Shown here: one piece after another, positions 38,301 through 46,696 of the stretch
How the letters are laid out: each line of letters opens with the position of its first letter
Position numbering within the stretch: the first letter of the stretch is position 1
Source of the DNA: an uncultured Gammaproteobacteria bacterium
GTDB taxonomy: Bacteria; Patescibacteriota; Patescibacteriia; UBA9934
DNA length: 64,000 bases
NCBI GenBank assembly: GCA_964414795.1
Contig: CAYPWV010000004.1
Location: 1,591 to 65,590 of the forward strand
Reading direction: 5' to 3'
The notes under the pieces: model-generated
What the model was told of the DNA's origin: nothing
What the model saw: only the letters and a program-made list of their open reading frames with translations
Databases searched by the model: none
Made by a program: the position numbers and the translations under genes

Positions 38301-41300
38301 CAATCATAAACGCTATCCCCGTCATCATCGGTTTCATCGGCACAGGTAATGCCGTCATCATTTGCTATCCAGCTGCTACAAGGTGCCTGGTCAGGAGCAG
38401 TATCGGTAACGCCGTCGGTACCCGTGTGCGTGTAGTCGGAAGATCCAAGATTTGATTGGAGTAATTTCCAGGTACGCAATTGATAGCCATCTTCATCAGA
38501 TCCTTCCCACGTATAGTACGTTGCGCCATTATCGGAAGAAACATTTGCATCTGCTTGTGCCTGCGTTACACATGCGCGCATGAAGCTGTAATATTCCTGC
38601 TCTTCGCTGGTAAGATTAGTAAACTCATCACATCCTACTTGCTCCGCAGAACATTCGGTTGCAGTATCGGGGATAAAGTACACCGAATCAACACCGTCAG
38701 GTTCATACAGCGTTGCTTCTTGGCGGTACGTGTCGTAGCCCGAGCACTCTGCGGGACATGTATCTAGTTCTGTAGCGATACCCGAGATGTCGGGATCACC
38801 GTTTGTTGGCGTATACATCGTGCAGCCCATGTCTTGCTCGCTACATACCTGTGCATAGTTTGCGCATTCTGCAGGATCATCCTCACTTCCGGTGCATCCC
38901 AAATACGTAGGAGCAACTTTCACAACAACCGTGGAATAATTCGTGTCGTTATAACCTTCCACCGGAGAAGAAACATCTTCACCTTGTTCAAGCTGCACGC
39001 TGTCGATGTAGCCATTAAAAGGATGTAACGTGAGATCGCCAAAAATACGCAACGAAGAGTCGCTCAGCGGAGGAACGGTAAACGTACAAGAGAAACGCTC
39101 GTAGTCTGAAGATGCGGGCTGCATATCTTCAATACCTACGCCTGTGGTAACCGCAGATCCAGCAAGATTGGTGTACGAGTCATCACAATTTCCCGTTATT
39201 GCAAGCCCCTCGATATCGATCCCTGTTCCTGTTTCGTCGTACAAATCAAGAGAAACGGTTGCAGAAGCGCTGTCTCCGTCATCTCTTTGGCGTGCATAAA
39301 ACGACAACGTGTACGTACGCGCCTGTCCGAGTTCAATTCCTGGCTGATACAGCGCGCCGCTGCCGTCTGATTCTCCGGGAGAAACCGCCACCTCACCTTC
39401 ACGCGCATACGAACCGTCGGTGGAAATGGTGGATGACCAAGAAGTATCAGTCGTGTGCAGGTTGTACCATCCATCGGGCTCTTCATCGGTATCGTCATCT
39501 TGCTCAAAGCTTGGATTATGTACCGTGTTTAAGCGCAAATCTGTATCACGCTCAATAAGCGTAGAACATCCGCCATTTTCTTCGTCACACTCCTCTACCT
39601 GGCTGTTGAAGTAGATGCGATCTGCATATTTTGCAGTATCTGCATCGGCGTCGGCAATGCTGTCGATAGCTGCATATGCATAGGTGCCATCTTCTTGCTC
39701 TTCTTTTTGCGTTGCATACCATCTACAGCCCACGGTATCTTCGGTGCAAGGACCCGGATCAACGGTATTTTTTAAGAGCGCGGTTGATGTACCTTCTGAA
39801 TCTTCAAATGCCAAACAGGATGCCGCATACTCTGGGCAACTTTCCCCACGGAATCTCCAGGTATTTTCTTCGGCAACACAGTATCCGTAGCCTCCTACGC
39901 AATTGCCATTTTCATCTTGGGCAATACAGCTGGGCATGTCTACACACGACTGCGCACGTTCATCCGCTTTGTCGGTAAGGAGCGTTTCACCGTAGGTTTG
40001 CATGCGGCACTGCGTATCGGGGTATTTGAGCACCCAGTCTGGATCGATCATTTTGCACCAGGGATGATTATCATCGGGGAGACCGTCGGGACCGCACGAG
40101 GTAAAACCGTCCATGACCTCTTGCAATGTTGCGGGATCTTCTACCGGATTTGCGGTTGCATTTGCGGCAAGTTCCCAGCCGATAGAAATAACCCGTGCTT
40201 TACGCAACTTTACCAAGTTTCCGTAACAAAAACCGTACGTATAACAAAATGCATCTTGATTTCGCGCAACGTCGGCGGCAGGAATAAGCGGCCACGAACC
40301 GTCAAGCAAGCCCTCATCAATTGCCTCTGCAACGGTGAGTGGCGCTCCTGCATCTGCACGAGCAACTGCGGAGATAAAATTAGCATCAGCAACACAGTTA
40401 TACAGTCCGCGAGAATCCGAACCTGGACAAGTAATGAAATCGGAAAGGATGCTGTAATTGCTTATTTGTAAAGGTGAAAAAGCAAGCAGAGAGCGGTACC
40501 TCTGCGCCGCGTCTTCGGTAGTATCGAGCGCAAAACTTTCCGGATCGAATGGATCAACCTGCGTGGTATCAAAATCAAACATGCCTTGCCAAATACGCTC
40601 TTGAACCTTTGATAATAACGTGTTACTAAACACGCTTCCCGCATGCACACCCAACGACAAGAGCAGATCTTTGTTTGTTAACATGGCGAACGTTGCCTGT
40701 TCTCTTACCTTTGTGCTCGCGTCTTGTGATTCTTCTACTTGCTTCTCAAGAATACTTGCAGGCGTTTCCACTTTTTGTGTAATAGCATTAACGACATCTT
40801 TAAAACCATTATCTTGCAACTTCTTTTGTACGCCAATAAATGGAAGAAGTGTTGTTTCTCCAAAAATATCTGTGGAAAGCTGCAATCCTGCACCAAATTC
40901 CGCTTTTTGCGGATCATACATGTTTGCAAGCTCTTTCAGAATAAGCTGATTTTTTTCTCCATCAGATTTATCTGTGAGATCTGCAATAAAAGAATTCCAC
41001 GTTCCTTCGGGGCCAAACATTTTGTTAAAATCACATTTTGGCTCGGGACGTTTATATACACCTTTAATGCCAAGTTTAAATTGTATCAAGGTGTAGGGAG
41101 ATGACGGTGCGCACAAATTAAAATTCGATAACAAACCTCCCGCACCTTCGATGGTGTCGGAAAGTGAGCCGATAGCTTCTCCAGCGATATCAGCACCTAA
41201 TTGCCCCAAATAAGTTCGTTCGGGCGTGCCATCGTAGAGCGGCTGTTCGGCAGGGCCACCGGTTGCAATACGTACCGCAGCATCGTATGCCAAACGATCA

Positions 41301-41524
41301 GCGGTAAAAGAAACTGTATTCACCAGTGCGGTTGCAACTGCGGCTTGCATGGTACTTTGTAAAAAGTATTTCACGCTATCTTTTACCCAAATAGCAAACT
41401 GTTGTGCATCAAAAACTGGAGCGCCTTGTGCGTGCGCGATATTTGCCCCCAAGAGCGGCGTGCTCAAAAAAAACAACGCCAGCCAGGCAGTAAAAAGCTT
41501 TTTTGCAAAATCATGAATACGCAT
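32333..41524 (-). CDS. Giant secreted Cys-rich protein (3063 aa), probably cell-surface/adhesion
   Basis: One uninterrupted 9.2-kb ORF. Signal peptide MRIHDFAKKLFTAWLALFFLSTPLLGANIAHAQ. A less Cys-rich N-terminal ~330 aa is followed by a large number of Cys residues with D/G/T/Y/S/E richness. At least two stretches resemble jelly-roll/CBM-like domains (..DGWYNLHTTDTSW..; ..DGTLNSWDAESASD..). Antisense ORFs are spurious. Confidence 0.85.
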   Translation of the reverse strand: MRIHDFAKKLFTAWLALFFLSTPLLGANIAHAQGAPVFDAQQFAIWVKDSVKYFLQSTMQAAVATALVNTVSFTADRLAYDAAVRIATGGPAEQPLYDGTPERTYLGQLGADIAGEAIGSLSDTIEGAGGLLSNFNLCAPSSPYTLIQFKLGIKGVYKRPEPKCDFNKMFGPEGTWNSFIADLTDKSDGEKNQLILKELANMYDPQKAEFGAGLQLSTDIFGETTLLPFIGVQKKLQDNGFKDVVNAITQKVETPASILEKQVEESQDASTKVREQATFAMLTNKDLLLSLGVHAGSVFSNTLLSKVQERIWQGMFDFDTTQVDPFDPESFALDTTEDAAQRYRSLLAFSPLQISNYSILSDFITCPGSDSRGLYNCVADANFISAVARADAGAPLTVAEAIDEGLLDGSWPLIPAADVARNQDAFCYTYGFCYGNLVKLRKARVISIGWELAANATANPVEDPATLQEVMDGFTSCGPDGLPDDNHPWCKMIDPDWVLKYPDTQCRMQTYGETLLTDKADERAQSCVDMPSCIAQDENGNCVGGYGYCVAEENTWRFRGESCPEYAASCLAFEDSEGTSTALLKNTVDPGPCTEDTVGCRWYATQKEEQEDGTYAYAAIDSIADADADTAKYADRIYFNSQVEECDEENGGCSTLIERDTDLRLNTVHNPSFEQDDDTDEEPDGWYNLHTTDTSWSSTISTDGSYAREGEVAVSPGESDGSGALYQPGIELGQARTYTLSFYARQRDDGDSASATVSLDLYDETGTGIDIEGLAITGNCDDSYTNLAGSAVTTGVGIEDMQPASSDYERFSCTFTVPPLSDSSLRIFGDLTLHPFNGYIDSVQLEQGEDVSSPVEGYNDTNYSTVVVKVAPTYLGCTGSEDDPAECANYAQVCSEQDMGCTMYTPTNGDPDISGIATELDTCPAECSGYDTYRQEATLYEPDGVDSVYFIPDTATECSAEQVGCDEFTNLTSEEQEYYSFMRACVTQAQADANVSSDNGATYYTWEGSDEDGYQLRTWKLLQSNLGSSDYTHTGTDGVTDTAPDQAPCSSWIANDDGITCADETDDDGDSVYDWDSEDCNARADIFTNPDCREFYDENGNIHYRNWQQTVTVNDACQAYRKTTIAGDTAADQEATCEDSGGYYVSDSGECRYYGYSEESTSCEEAANGCRAYAGGRSRNSRLVFEDLFEDGTLNSWDAESASDATYSNESLAADGHSMLLTGPVTSFIVDNGSACTDASGCDGTSRSFGGECTISEESTYCGTLDNELFAGKTYTVSVVAKGTGTLQLGFDFNADPAAPEIDIAFDDAVELDDGWQVLNLGPLIMDADTYPDFGDGTTLVLIPTGSAYVDNVVLREGEESLNVIRDSWVTPASCDQSLTGETSPQYYLGCQEYTTQEGDTAYLKSFSSLCDEDKVGCAAFFKTQESESTSAKTYHATCNNLDIDGDGLPDIATSATACYYFTFSDTSFDTDSAYLCTISAGESSCLFTQDGFTPAWDMDNTAVSYGPETTVVPADQDMFLVVNDAVTCDDDVAGCMELGDPEWSQDRNSTEGADSVYLMNLPDTYDDILCAHDELFCDAFTTNEAETFYFKHPLNQTCEYRTDVTVDGTAYTGWFRTETDDFCYGTCEDTLGNEGDACGSNADCASDETCNAENPSYVIGGTESGIWNNGDDGFTGWAGTCSATYDTCTEFQDKLAQDDGELYGATDGTSYFYLNNDSLSEYGLSDSQKCDGQVSLKNGCAMFYDTGDTSLSANASATEVASRHADTLFGTEAYGLVDPIDCENAGDTTITTASGDTIDLCATRCVYDYGEVYDLSDGATYKEKLTDERTSSRDYDRDDLYTFGGSCYDATDCPLVQSESGANIEAISCATQVRVDPFSATASFGGAFSEWRSGSAETGFSSVPRQENDTNSVLKVNRDRSCSEWLSCSSTNTQWDATTASFVTTCGDIALCKDYDATTGSSFCSDWDFEKPEVIYDTDWYASRDTSWYGNEYSGMAIPNLFPVQALTQADVSPIGYCDFNGDLRGTCDDVDAGCGPAGAGTCLSPDDAVAAGIVEAKDYALVLNAGTCSEDEGESCSVGYCEENGAACATSDQCSDGACIVGSCYDVSSTACQTAADCSEGQTCYGGACADVGDDVEIEDYDSATGDATTCDSSETFVADAAMKLGSCVNSQCLLTPNGETYTDGTTEGKICRAYPESNSPFPNEVVESWYEPANPGSVESDPQGDALPYSLLSGFENTTTCAYGEDCDCSYTKVTFGDGQDSRVYGKDWDADFSVCGGDLETYADAGTICTIDANCSSDTCVDVNGQLGLCESGDREGGYCTENEQCGEGGTCAKTTREDVMYGLNGFCLEKDTSTNILGDRNKKACISWLPVDELAGDTDLQAKYTGAGYFEDTYACVNSDFYVDLGTSNVPEDTGSYDNNDIACAESDWDGDLTRGKSYTSETISACGDNAVCPDGYWTLLGQAAWEDGLGHMADACTGDSSLEVNDCPYVCIPLGAYADGGSCDPDGAYTEAMLEAYSSAFDYESVLPENSFAVGRQPSDGDDAAADGFAQFDNMATALKSCRAQGVEYTDELAANVFNIDSGDYAGDSYGNYRYLHFQEDTSFENVSCKNVLQVSDATNYAGYAFTDRILNPNSTFTNINDADYPNMEYSADTVPTPFGFITTNPGTRDASETPLQVAACEDGDGNLVPPNGTDNLNSCDGDFIEYAPDAYENFTAPATALARSFIDFTLKLYKVGFSVDEVWSVSPTSGATASVFSRVNQLFAAADIGIHDTLYSWNAAWGSAGLSADRYGADDADAYTTYDVRPAEGTAPQVWSVDVGSCSDDGVLCEEGTEEAITLNSQDTGDQSGVQFFNATIKFYAAADKNQLPIRRVMVDWGDDVDGGSFTGSDADDNFFKNARGLQEGTQNSKCDLETEWGLTDESCDPYYFTYNHIYTCSSEILRDSSAACSDSPADGDDDYDSFPCWVDQSGDDVPDACVFKPRIHIRDNWGWCTGTCEDGNIADEDGRSGCFAGVGNDIQSASDETYSECSYAIYPDDNSDIDPWVEYSGVIIVTP

Positions 41525-41540
41525 ACCAAAACAAGATCGT

Positions 41541-42224
41541 TTAAGGGATTGTTACCGAGGTGTCTGTTGATGCGTCATCTTCTTGCAGGGAAGTTGCCGC
41601 TTGTCCAAGTGCATCAAGATAGACAGTCATGACCTGCTCATCGGAGAGCGCATCAAGAGTTGCGGCGTCCATACCTGAGCTCAAAAGAAACTCACGAACC
41701 TCGCCTACAGAAAGTTGCTGCAGGGCGCCCACCGTATCGACAAGCGTGGGTGTGGAAGTATTCTCCGCAACCGGAGCTTCTGATGCTAAAAAGTCTGCTA
41801 CAGCACCTGCCTGCAGTAATTCTGATGATGCACATGTTTTACCGAGTGCGCAGTTTGGATCCCCTCCCTCGCCGATCTCTATACCATCCGCACGTCCATC
41901 AGAATCGGTATCTGCGATGTAGGGACTTGTAGAAAAGATATGGAGTTCGTCGTAATCGGAAATACCGTCTGCATCGGTATCTGCAATGCGCTGAAGCGCA
42001 ATTTCTTCGCTTTCTTTTTCGGCCGACGTGCTGTAGCGCGGGCCTGTATAAGAAACAAGGAATGGCTTCTTTACATTGCTAAAGAAAAACAGACTTCCAA
42101 AAATAACTGCTCCTACACCACAAACGGCAAGAAAACCAAACGCCACACGCTCCTCGTGTGTAGATGTTTTTTTTGACCGCTCGAGTAACAAGCGTGCTCC
42201 GGATTCTTGGGGCACTTCACTCAT
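41541..42224 (-). CDS. Membrane-anchored protein with thrombospondin-type-3/dockerin-like Ca-binding repeats, immediately upstream of giant gene
   Basis: Start taken at MSEVPQES (42224), since the track extension is repeat-derived. TM FGFLAVCGVGAVIFGSLFFF. Repeats DTDADGISDYDE and DTDSDGRADGIEIGEGGDP. 16-nt gap to the giant gene. Confidence 0.55.
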   Translation of the reverse strand: MSEVPQESGARLLLERSKKTSTHEERVAFGFLAVCGVGAVIFGSLFFFSNVKKPFLVSYTGPRYSTSAEKESEEIALQRIADTDADGISDYDELHIFSTSPYIADTDSDGRADGIEIGEGGDPNCALGKTCASSELLQAGAVADFLASEAPVAENTSTPTLVDTVGALQQLSVGEVREFLLSSGMDAATLDALSDEQVMTVYLDALGQAATSLQEDDASTDTSVTIP

Positions 42225-42298
42225 ATGCGTCTCAAAGTATATCAAAAAATGCACCTCCGTATTCAGGGAAGGTACATCATGTGTGCATAGGTTTTTGG

Positions 42299-42582
42299 GG
42301 AAGTTCTGAAGTGGTGAAGATATGAAGTTGGGAAGATGTGAGTAGGGGCGGAACATCTTCCGCCCGTACTGAAGTGAGTGGATGTTATGTTTTTGTTGGG
42401 ATGAAGATGAAAGACAGCAGACTACAGACGGCAGATGGAAGAAATGATTTGAGGTCACAAGATCCTGAGCTCGGCGAAGGATCTCGAGAAGACCATTTGT
42501 CAGGAGACTTTTCCGTTCCATCCGTCCGATAGGTTCTTCCGATCACTTCAAACTCTTAACTTCCAGCTTCAAACTCTTCTCC
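42299..42582. repeat. MITE-like composite palindromic repeat, family A copy 2
   Basis: Modules are a GAAGT-rich arm, GGGCGGAACATCTTCCGCCC hairpin, GTACTGAAGTGAGTGGATG, GACAGCAGACTACAGACGGCAGATGG, CACAAGATCCTGAGCTCGGCGAAGGATCTCGAGAA, and the CACTTCAAACTCTTAACTTCCAGCTTCAAACTCTTCTCC arm. About 80% similar to the copy at 44.3 kb. Its end is translated as the rsmA C-terminus. Confidence 0.75.
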
Positions 42583-43367
42583 AAAACACTCCACACCTCC
42601 AACGACACCTCCTCGGGTCGGGCGAGCGGGCTGAGGCCTTGTGCTGCAAGAAGATCGCCTATTTCTTCGCGTTTTCCCGCGCCTGCTTGGGCGAGGGTTT
42701 GCCGCAATTGCCTGCGAGGATGTGCGAAACCTTTTTTTGCGAGTGCAATAATGCGTTCAGCACGATCTTGCGGATACTTTTGCTCTGCAGTAAGTTTTAA
42801 AACCACCGAGTCTACCTTGGGCGGAGGAGTAAAAGCTCCTGGCTTTACCGTGCAAATACGCTTTCCCTCGGTTTTTAATTGCATTGCCACAGAAAGCACA
42901 CTCATGCCGGGCGGATGCGCGAGGATGCGATCTCCTATTTCTTTTTGCAACATCACTACCGCAGACACCGGAGGATGCGCGCACCAAAAAACATCATTCA
43001 CAATTGCGGTTCCGACATTATAGGGAAGATTGCTCACCAAAAGCCAAGGCTCTCCTTTGAGAAGATCTTGCCAATGTATTTCCGTTGCATCGGCATGCAC
43101 AAGCGTTGCTTGGGGAAAGCGATCTCGCAAATCGGGAAGTAAATCTGCATCAATTTCAATAAGCATCAAATCCTCTCCCCTTCCCTCTTGCACGAGCTTT
43201 TCATAGAGTGGCACCGTGAGCGCCCCACGACCTGGACCTATCTCAACTATTTTCTTTGCGGAGTCAAAATCTACCGCCGCAAGAATCTTCTGAATGATTG
43301 CTGCGTCGTGAAGAAAATGCTGGCCAAAGCTTTTTTTAGCGGCTGAATGTTGCTTTGTACCAATCAT
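42543..43367 (-). CDS. rsmA: 16S rRNA (adenine1518/1519-N6)-dimethyltransferase
   Basis: QHFLHDAAIIQKI...IVEIGPGRGALT is the KsgA/RsmA SAM motif. The last ~13 codons are encoded by the repeat arm. Confidence 0.9.
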   Translation of the reverse strand: MIGTKQHSAAKKSFGQHFLHDAAIIQKILAAVDFDSAKKIVEIGPGRGALTVPLYEKLVQEGRGEDLMLIEIDADLLPDLRDRFPQATLVHADATEIHWQDLLKGEPWLLVSNLPYNVGTAIVNDVFWCAHPPVSAVVMLQKEIGDRILAHPPGMSVLSVAMQLKTEGKRICTVKPGAFTPPPKVDSVVLKLTAEQKYPQDRAERIIALAKKGFAHPRRQLRQTLAQAGAGKREEIGDLLAAQGLSPLARPEEVSLEVWSVLEKSLKLEVKSLK

Positions 43368-44277
43368 AGGTTTTTTGCAAGCCGTCTTGAAATGACGTGC
43401 GCATCTTCCATCCTAAAAGCTCTTGCGCAGAAGAAGGATCGAGCACACTCTTATACACCTCGCCCGCACGTTCGGAAGCAAAAACAAAAGGATGTTCTTT
43501 TCCGTGTATTTTGAGAAGCTCGTCCACAAGCTCGCGCACCGTTACCTCTTGTCCGGATCCCACGTTTATCGTGCCCGACAAAGAACTTTGCGCAGCTTGC
43601 ACTAATGCCTCCACTGCATCGCCTACATGCAAAAAGTCTCTTCCTGCAGACCCATCACCAAAAATAGTAAACGGCTCGCCTGTAACCAGAAGTTTATCAA
43701 GAAAAAGAGAGATGACGTTGCCTTCACCCATGGGCTTTGCTACCTGCTGCCTGGCACCGTACAGGTTAGAAAAACGCAGTGATATGCAAGAAACGCCTTC
43801 GGTTTTTGCCGCGCTTTGCAGATAGTGTTCAAACGTTTGCTTGCCAATGCCATAGGGCGACAATGGCTGCGCATCATGCAACAGCGGCGTGGGACGAACA
43901 GGATGATCGCCATAAATTGCACCGCCCGACGACGCAAAAATAATCTTTCCTACACCTGCATTTTTACACCACTCTAAAAAGCGTACCGAGGCAACGATAT
44001 TATTTTTTGCGTCATTAATAGGAAAAAGCACAGAATTTGTAACGCTAATCTGCGCCGCAAGATGAAACACCACATCCGGACGAGCCTCCATAAGCACTTC
44101 GCGTACATGCGGATCCGTAAAATCTAAACGATGCACTTCAACGCTTTGCGGAAGAAAACGCAATTTCTCTTTTTTATGATGATCAACAACAATCACCCGA
44201 TCACCTCGAGCGACGAATGCGTCAGCCAAATGAGAACCGAGAAATCCCGCACCGCCGGTGATGAGAATAGTGGACAT
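43336..44277 (-). CDS. NAD-dependent epimerase/dehydratase (GalE-like)
   Basis: Rossmann ILITGGAGFLGSHLADAFVARGDRVIVVD and catalytic Y..xK. Start taken at MSTILITGG because the track's N-terminal extension is repeat-encoded. Confidence 0.85.
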   Translation of the reverse strand: MSTILITGGAGFLGSHLADAFVARGDRVIVVDHHKKEKLRFLPQSVEVHRLDFTDPHVREVLMEARPDVVFHLAAQISVTNSVLFPINDAKNNIVASVRFLEWCKNAGVGKIIFASSGGAIYGDHPVRPTPLLHDAQPLSPYGIGKQTFEHYLQSAAKTEGVSCISLRFSNLYGARQQVAKPMGEGNVISLFLDKLLVTGEPFTIFGDGSAGRDFLHVGDAVEALVQAAQSSLSGTINVGSGQEVTVRELVDELLKIHGKEHPFVFASERAGEVYKSVLDPSSAQELLGWKMRTSFQDGLQKTYDWYKATFSR

Positions 44278-44280
44278 AGT

Positions 44281-44577
44281 TGGGAAGTTATGAAGTAATG
44301 AAGTTCGGAAGAGATGAAGTGGCGGAACATCTTCCGCCCGTATCAAGTGAGTGGATGTTGTTTTTTTGTGGGATGAAGATGAAAGACGGCAGACTGCAGA
44401 TGGAAGAAATGATCTGAATTCACAAGATCCTGAGCTTTGCGAAGGATCTCGAGAAAATCCATTCGTCAGGAAACTTTCTTAGTCGTGCGATAGGTCCTTC
44501 GCTGTCGCTCAGGATCCTACTCAGTAAAAAACTACCTTTCACTTCAAACTTATAACTCCAAACTTCACACTTTCTCC
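44281..44577. repeat. MITE-like composite palindromic repeat, family A copy 3
   Basis: Same module order as copy 2 (GGCGGAACATCTTCCGCC; CAAGTGAGTGGATG; GACGGCAGACTGCAGATGGAAGAAATGATCTGA; CACAAGATCCTGAGCTTTGCGAAGGATCTCGAGAA; CACTTCAAACTTATAACTCCAAACTTCACAC). It sits between two paralogous epimerase genes. Confidence 0.75.
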
Positions 44578-45482
44578 CTATACCATTTCACCGTTTCCTC
44601 TATTCCCTCCCCCAACTGCTTAACCGGCTTCCAGCCAAGAACATCTTGCGCTTTTGCGTAAGAAAGTGAAACACGAGAAACGAGGTCGGTGACTTCTGGG
44701 CGATAGAGGGGCTTTTGCGATGCACCAACCGCCTGCGCAACGTGTGCAAATATTTCTTCGGTAGACGTTTCAATGCCTGTTCCGATATTCATCACCGTTT
44801 CGTTGGAACTAGCGAGTGCGCGCAAAAACGCATCAACCACATCGGCAACATACACGTAATCACGTGTTGTTTTTCCGGTTCCGTTAATAAAGGGCGACTC
44901 TTTGGCAAGAAGCTTCTTGGTAAAGATGGCGATCGCTCCGCATTCCTTGCTTCCATCTTGGCGAGGACCGTACACGTTTGCCAAACGCAATGTGCACGTT
45001 GAAAGACCAAGTTGCAACGTAAAATAGCGCAAATAGCGCTCACCGGTAAGCTTACTTACCGCATAGGGTGTGAGCGGTTTTGGCACTGCGTCTTCGGTAA
45101 TGGGTAGAATATCTTGGTTGCCATATACCACACCGGTCGAGGCAAAGAGGACACGTTTTGCACCCGAAATGCGCGCCGCATCCAAAACGTTAATTGTACC
45201 GAGGATATTATGCTCCGCATTTTCCACCGGTTCACGCACCGAAGCGCGATCATCAATATGTGCCGCTAAGTGGATAACGTATTCCGGACGAACATCCATA
45301 AACATATCTGCCAAATGCGTATCGCGAATATCGCGCTGTACATAGGTTGCTTTTTCATTACCCCATACCGGATGCGCAGGAACAATATCCACCACCGTCA
45401 CCTCATCTCCACGCTCAACAAGCGCATCTACAAGATGCGAGCCAATGAATCCCGAACCGCCGGTTATAAGAATACTAGACAT
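44565..45482 (-). CDS. NAD-dependent epimerase/dehydratase, second paralogue
   Basis: MSSILITGGSGFIGSHLVDALVERGDEVTVVD. Confidence 0.85.
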   Translation of the reverse strand: MSSILITGGSGFIGSHLVDALVERGDEVTVVDIVPAHPVWGNEKATYVQRDIRDTHLADMFMDVRPEYVIHLAAHIDDRASVREPVENAEHNILGTINVLDAARISGAKRVLFASTGVVYGNQDILPITEDAVPKPLTPYAVSKLTGERYLRYFTLQLGLSTCTLRLANVYGPRQDGSKECGAIAIFTKKLLAKESPFINGTGKTTRDYVYVADVVDAFLRALASSNETVMNIGTGIETSTEEIFAHVAQAVGASQKPLYRPEVTDLVSRVSLSYAKAQDVLGWKPVKQLGEGIEETVKWYREKV

Positions 45483-45489
45483 AGCATGC

Positions 45490-45574
45490 GCGTCATCCCG
45501 GGCTTGACCCGGGATCCATCGTTATTTAATTAAGCTATTGGCGATGGATGCCGGATCGGTGTCCGGCATGACGA
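45490..45574. repeat. REP-like family B, inverted pair
   Basis: GCGTCATCCCGGGCTTGACCCGGGATCCATCGTT ... AACGATGGATGCCGGATCGGTGTCCGGCATGACG, between the prfB stop and the epimerase start. Confidence 0.7.
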
Positions 45575-45575
45575 A

Positions 45576-46691
45576 TTACACAGAACTCTCCCTCCTCTTT
45601 TCTCTTCGCAAATACGACTCGATGAAAGCAAGGATATCACCTCCAAGGACTGCTTCGGTATCTGTGGTTTCTTCATCGGTACGATGATCTTTTACCATTT
45701 TATACGGATGAAGCACGTAACTGCGAATTTGGTTGCCCCACGCGGCGGTTTTGTGTTCGCCTTTTACATCGGCAATTTTTTCTGCGCGCGCCTCTACCAT
45801 GAGCCGATAGAGCTTTGCTTTAAGAAGACGCATGGCGATTTCTTTGTTCTGCGATTGCGATCGCTCGTTTTGACACGAGACGACGATATTTGTAGGAAGA
45901 TGCGTGATGCGAATTGCGGAATATGTGGTGTTTACCGATTGCCCACCCTTGCCGGACGAAAGATACGTATCAATACGCAAGTCATCTGGATCAAGCTCAA
46001 TGGCGGACGCGTCTACCTCAGCAAATTCGGGAAGCACTTCGCAAAGCGCAAACGTGGTGTGACGCATTTGCTCGGCGTCAAATGGCGAAATGCGCACCAA
46101 GCGATGCACGCCATGTTCGCTTTTTAAATACCCATACGCATATCTTCCCTTAATGACAACCGTAATACTTTTGTATCCCGCAACTTCCGCAGGAGATTCT
46201 TCCATAACCTCTACCGACCATCCCTGCTTCTCTGCAAAGCGCGTATACATGCGGAGTAACATTGCCACCCAGTCATTTGCATCCGTTCCTCCAGCTCCCG
46301 CGTGGAGAGAAATAATGGCGTTTCGTGTATCAAATTCTCCCGAAAAAAGCATCTTAAATTCCATGCTCGCAAAACGTTCTTCAATAGCCGCAATCCCCTG
46401 TTCTACCTGCACCTTCGACACCTCATCATCCGTGTTTTCAACAAGTGCGAGTAAATCTTTATATTCTTGTGTGTCCGCTTTTATTTTTTGCCACGCTTCA
46501 GCTTCTTTTTTTAAATCGGATGCTTCTTGCGCAACTGCACGTGCTTTTTCGGGAGCGTTCCAAAATGCAGGATCGTTCATCTCCGCTTCAAGCTCTTGTA
46601 CACGCACAAAAACCGCATCAAGCCGCAAGGTTTCCCATGCGGATTGAATGCGCTCTTCGAGTATCTTTATGCGATCCGCAAGTAACGACAT
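45576..46691 (-). CDS. prfB: Peptide chain release factor 2
   Basis: SPF tripeptide and GGQ motif (GGQSVNTTYSAIRITHLPT); 371 aa as one continuous ORF with no programmed frameshift site. Confidence 0.9.
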   Translation of the reverse strand: MSLLADRIKILEERIQSAWETLRLDAVFVRVQELEAEMNDPAFWNAPEKARAVAQEASDLKKEAEAWQKIKADTQEYKDLLALVENTDDEVSKVQVEQGIAAIEERFASMEFKMLFSGEFDTRNAIISLHAGAGGTDANDWVAMLLRMYTRFAEKQGWSVEVMEESPAEVAGYKSITVVIKGRYAYGYLKSEHGVHRLVRISPFDAEQMRHTTFALCEVLPEFAEVDASAIELDPDDLRIDTYLSSGKGGQSVNTTYSAIRITHLPTNIVVSCQNERSQSQNKEIAMRLLKAKLYRLMVEARAEKIADVKGEHKTAAWGNQIRSYVLHPYKMVKDHRTDEETTDTEAVLGGDILAFIESYLRREKRRESSV

Positions 46692-46696
46692 GTGCG

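Noticed and set aside
32549-41104. Dozens of 60-180-aa plus-strand ORFs inside the giant gene region
   Set aside because: They are antisense to a continuous 9.2-kb ORF with signal peptide and coherent composition, and their low-complexity R/H/C-rich translations are typical of antisense noise.
42224-42521. N-terminal 99 codons of track ORF 41541..42521
   Set aside because: They are encoded by the family-A repeat; the internal ATG at 42224 gives a TM-anchored protein without repeat-derived sequence.
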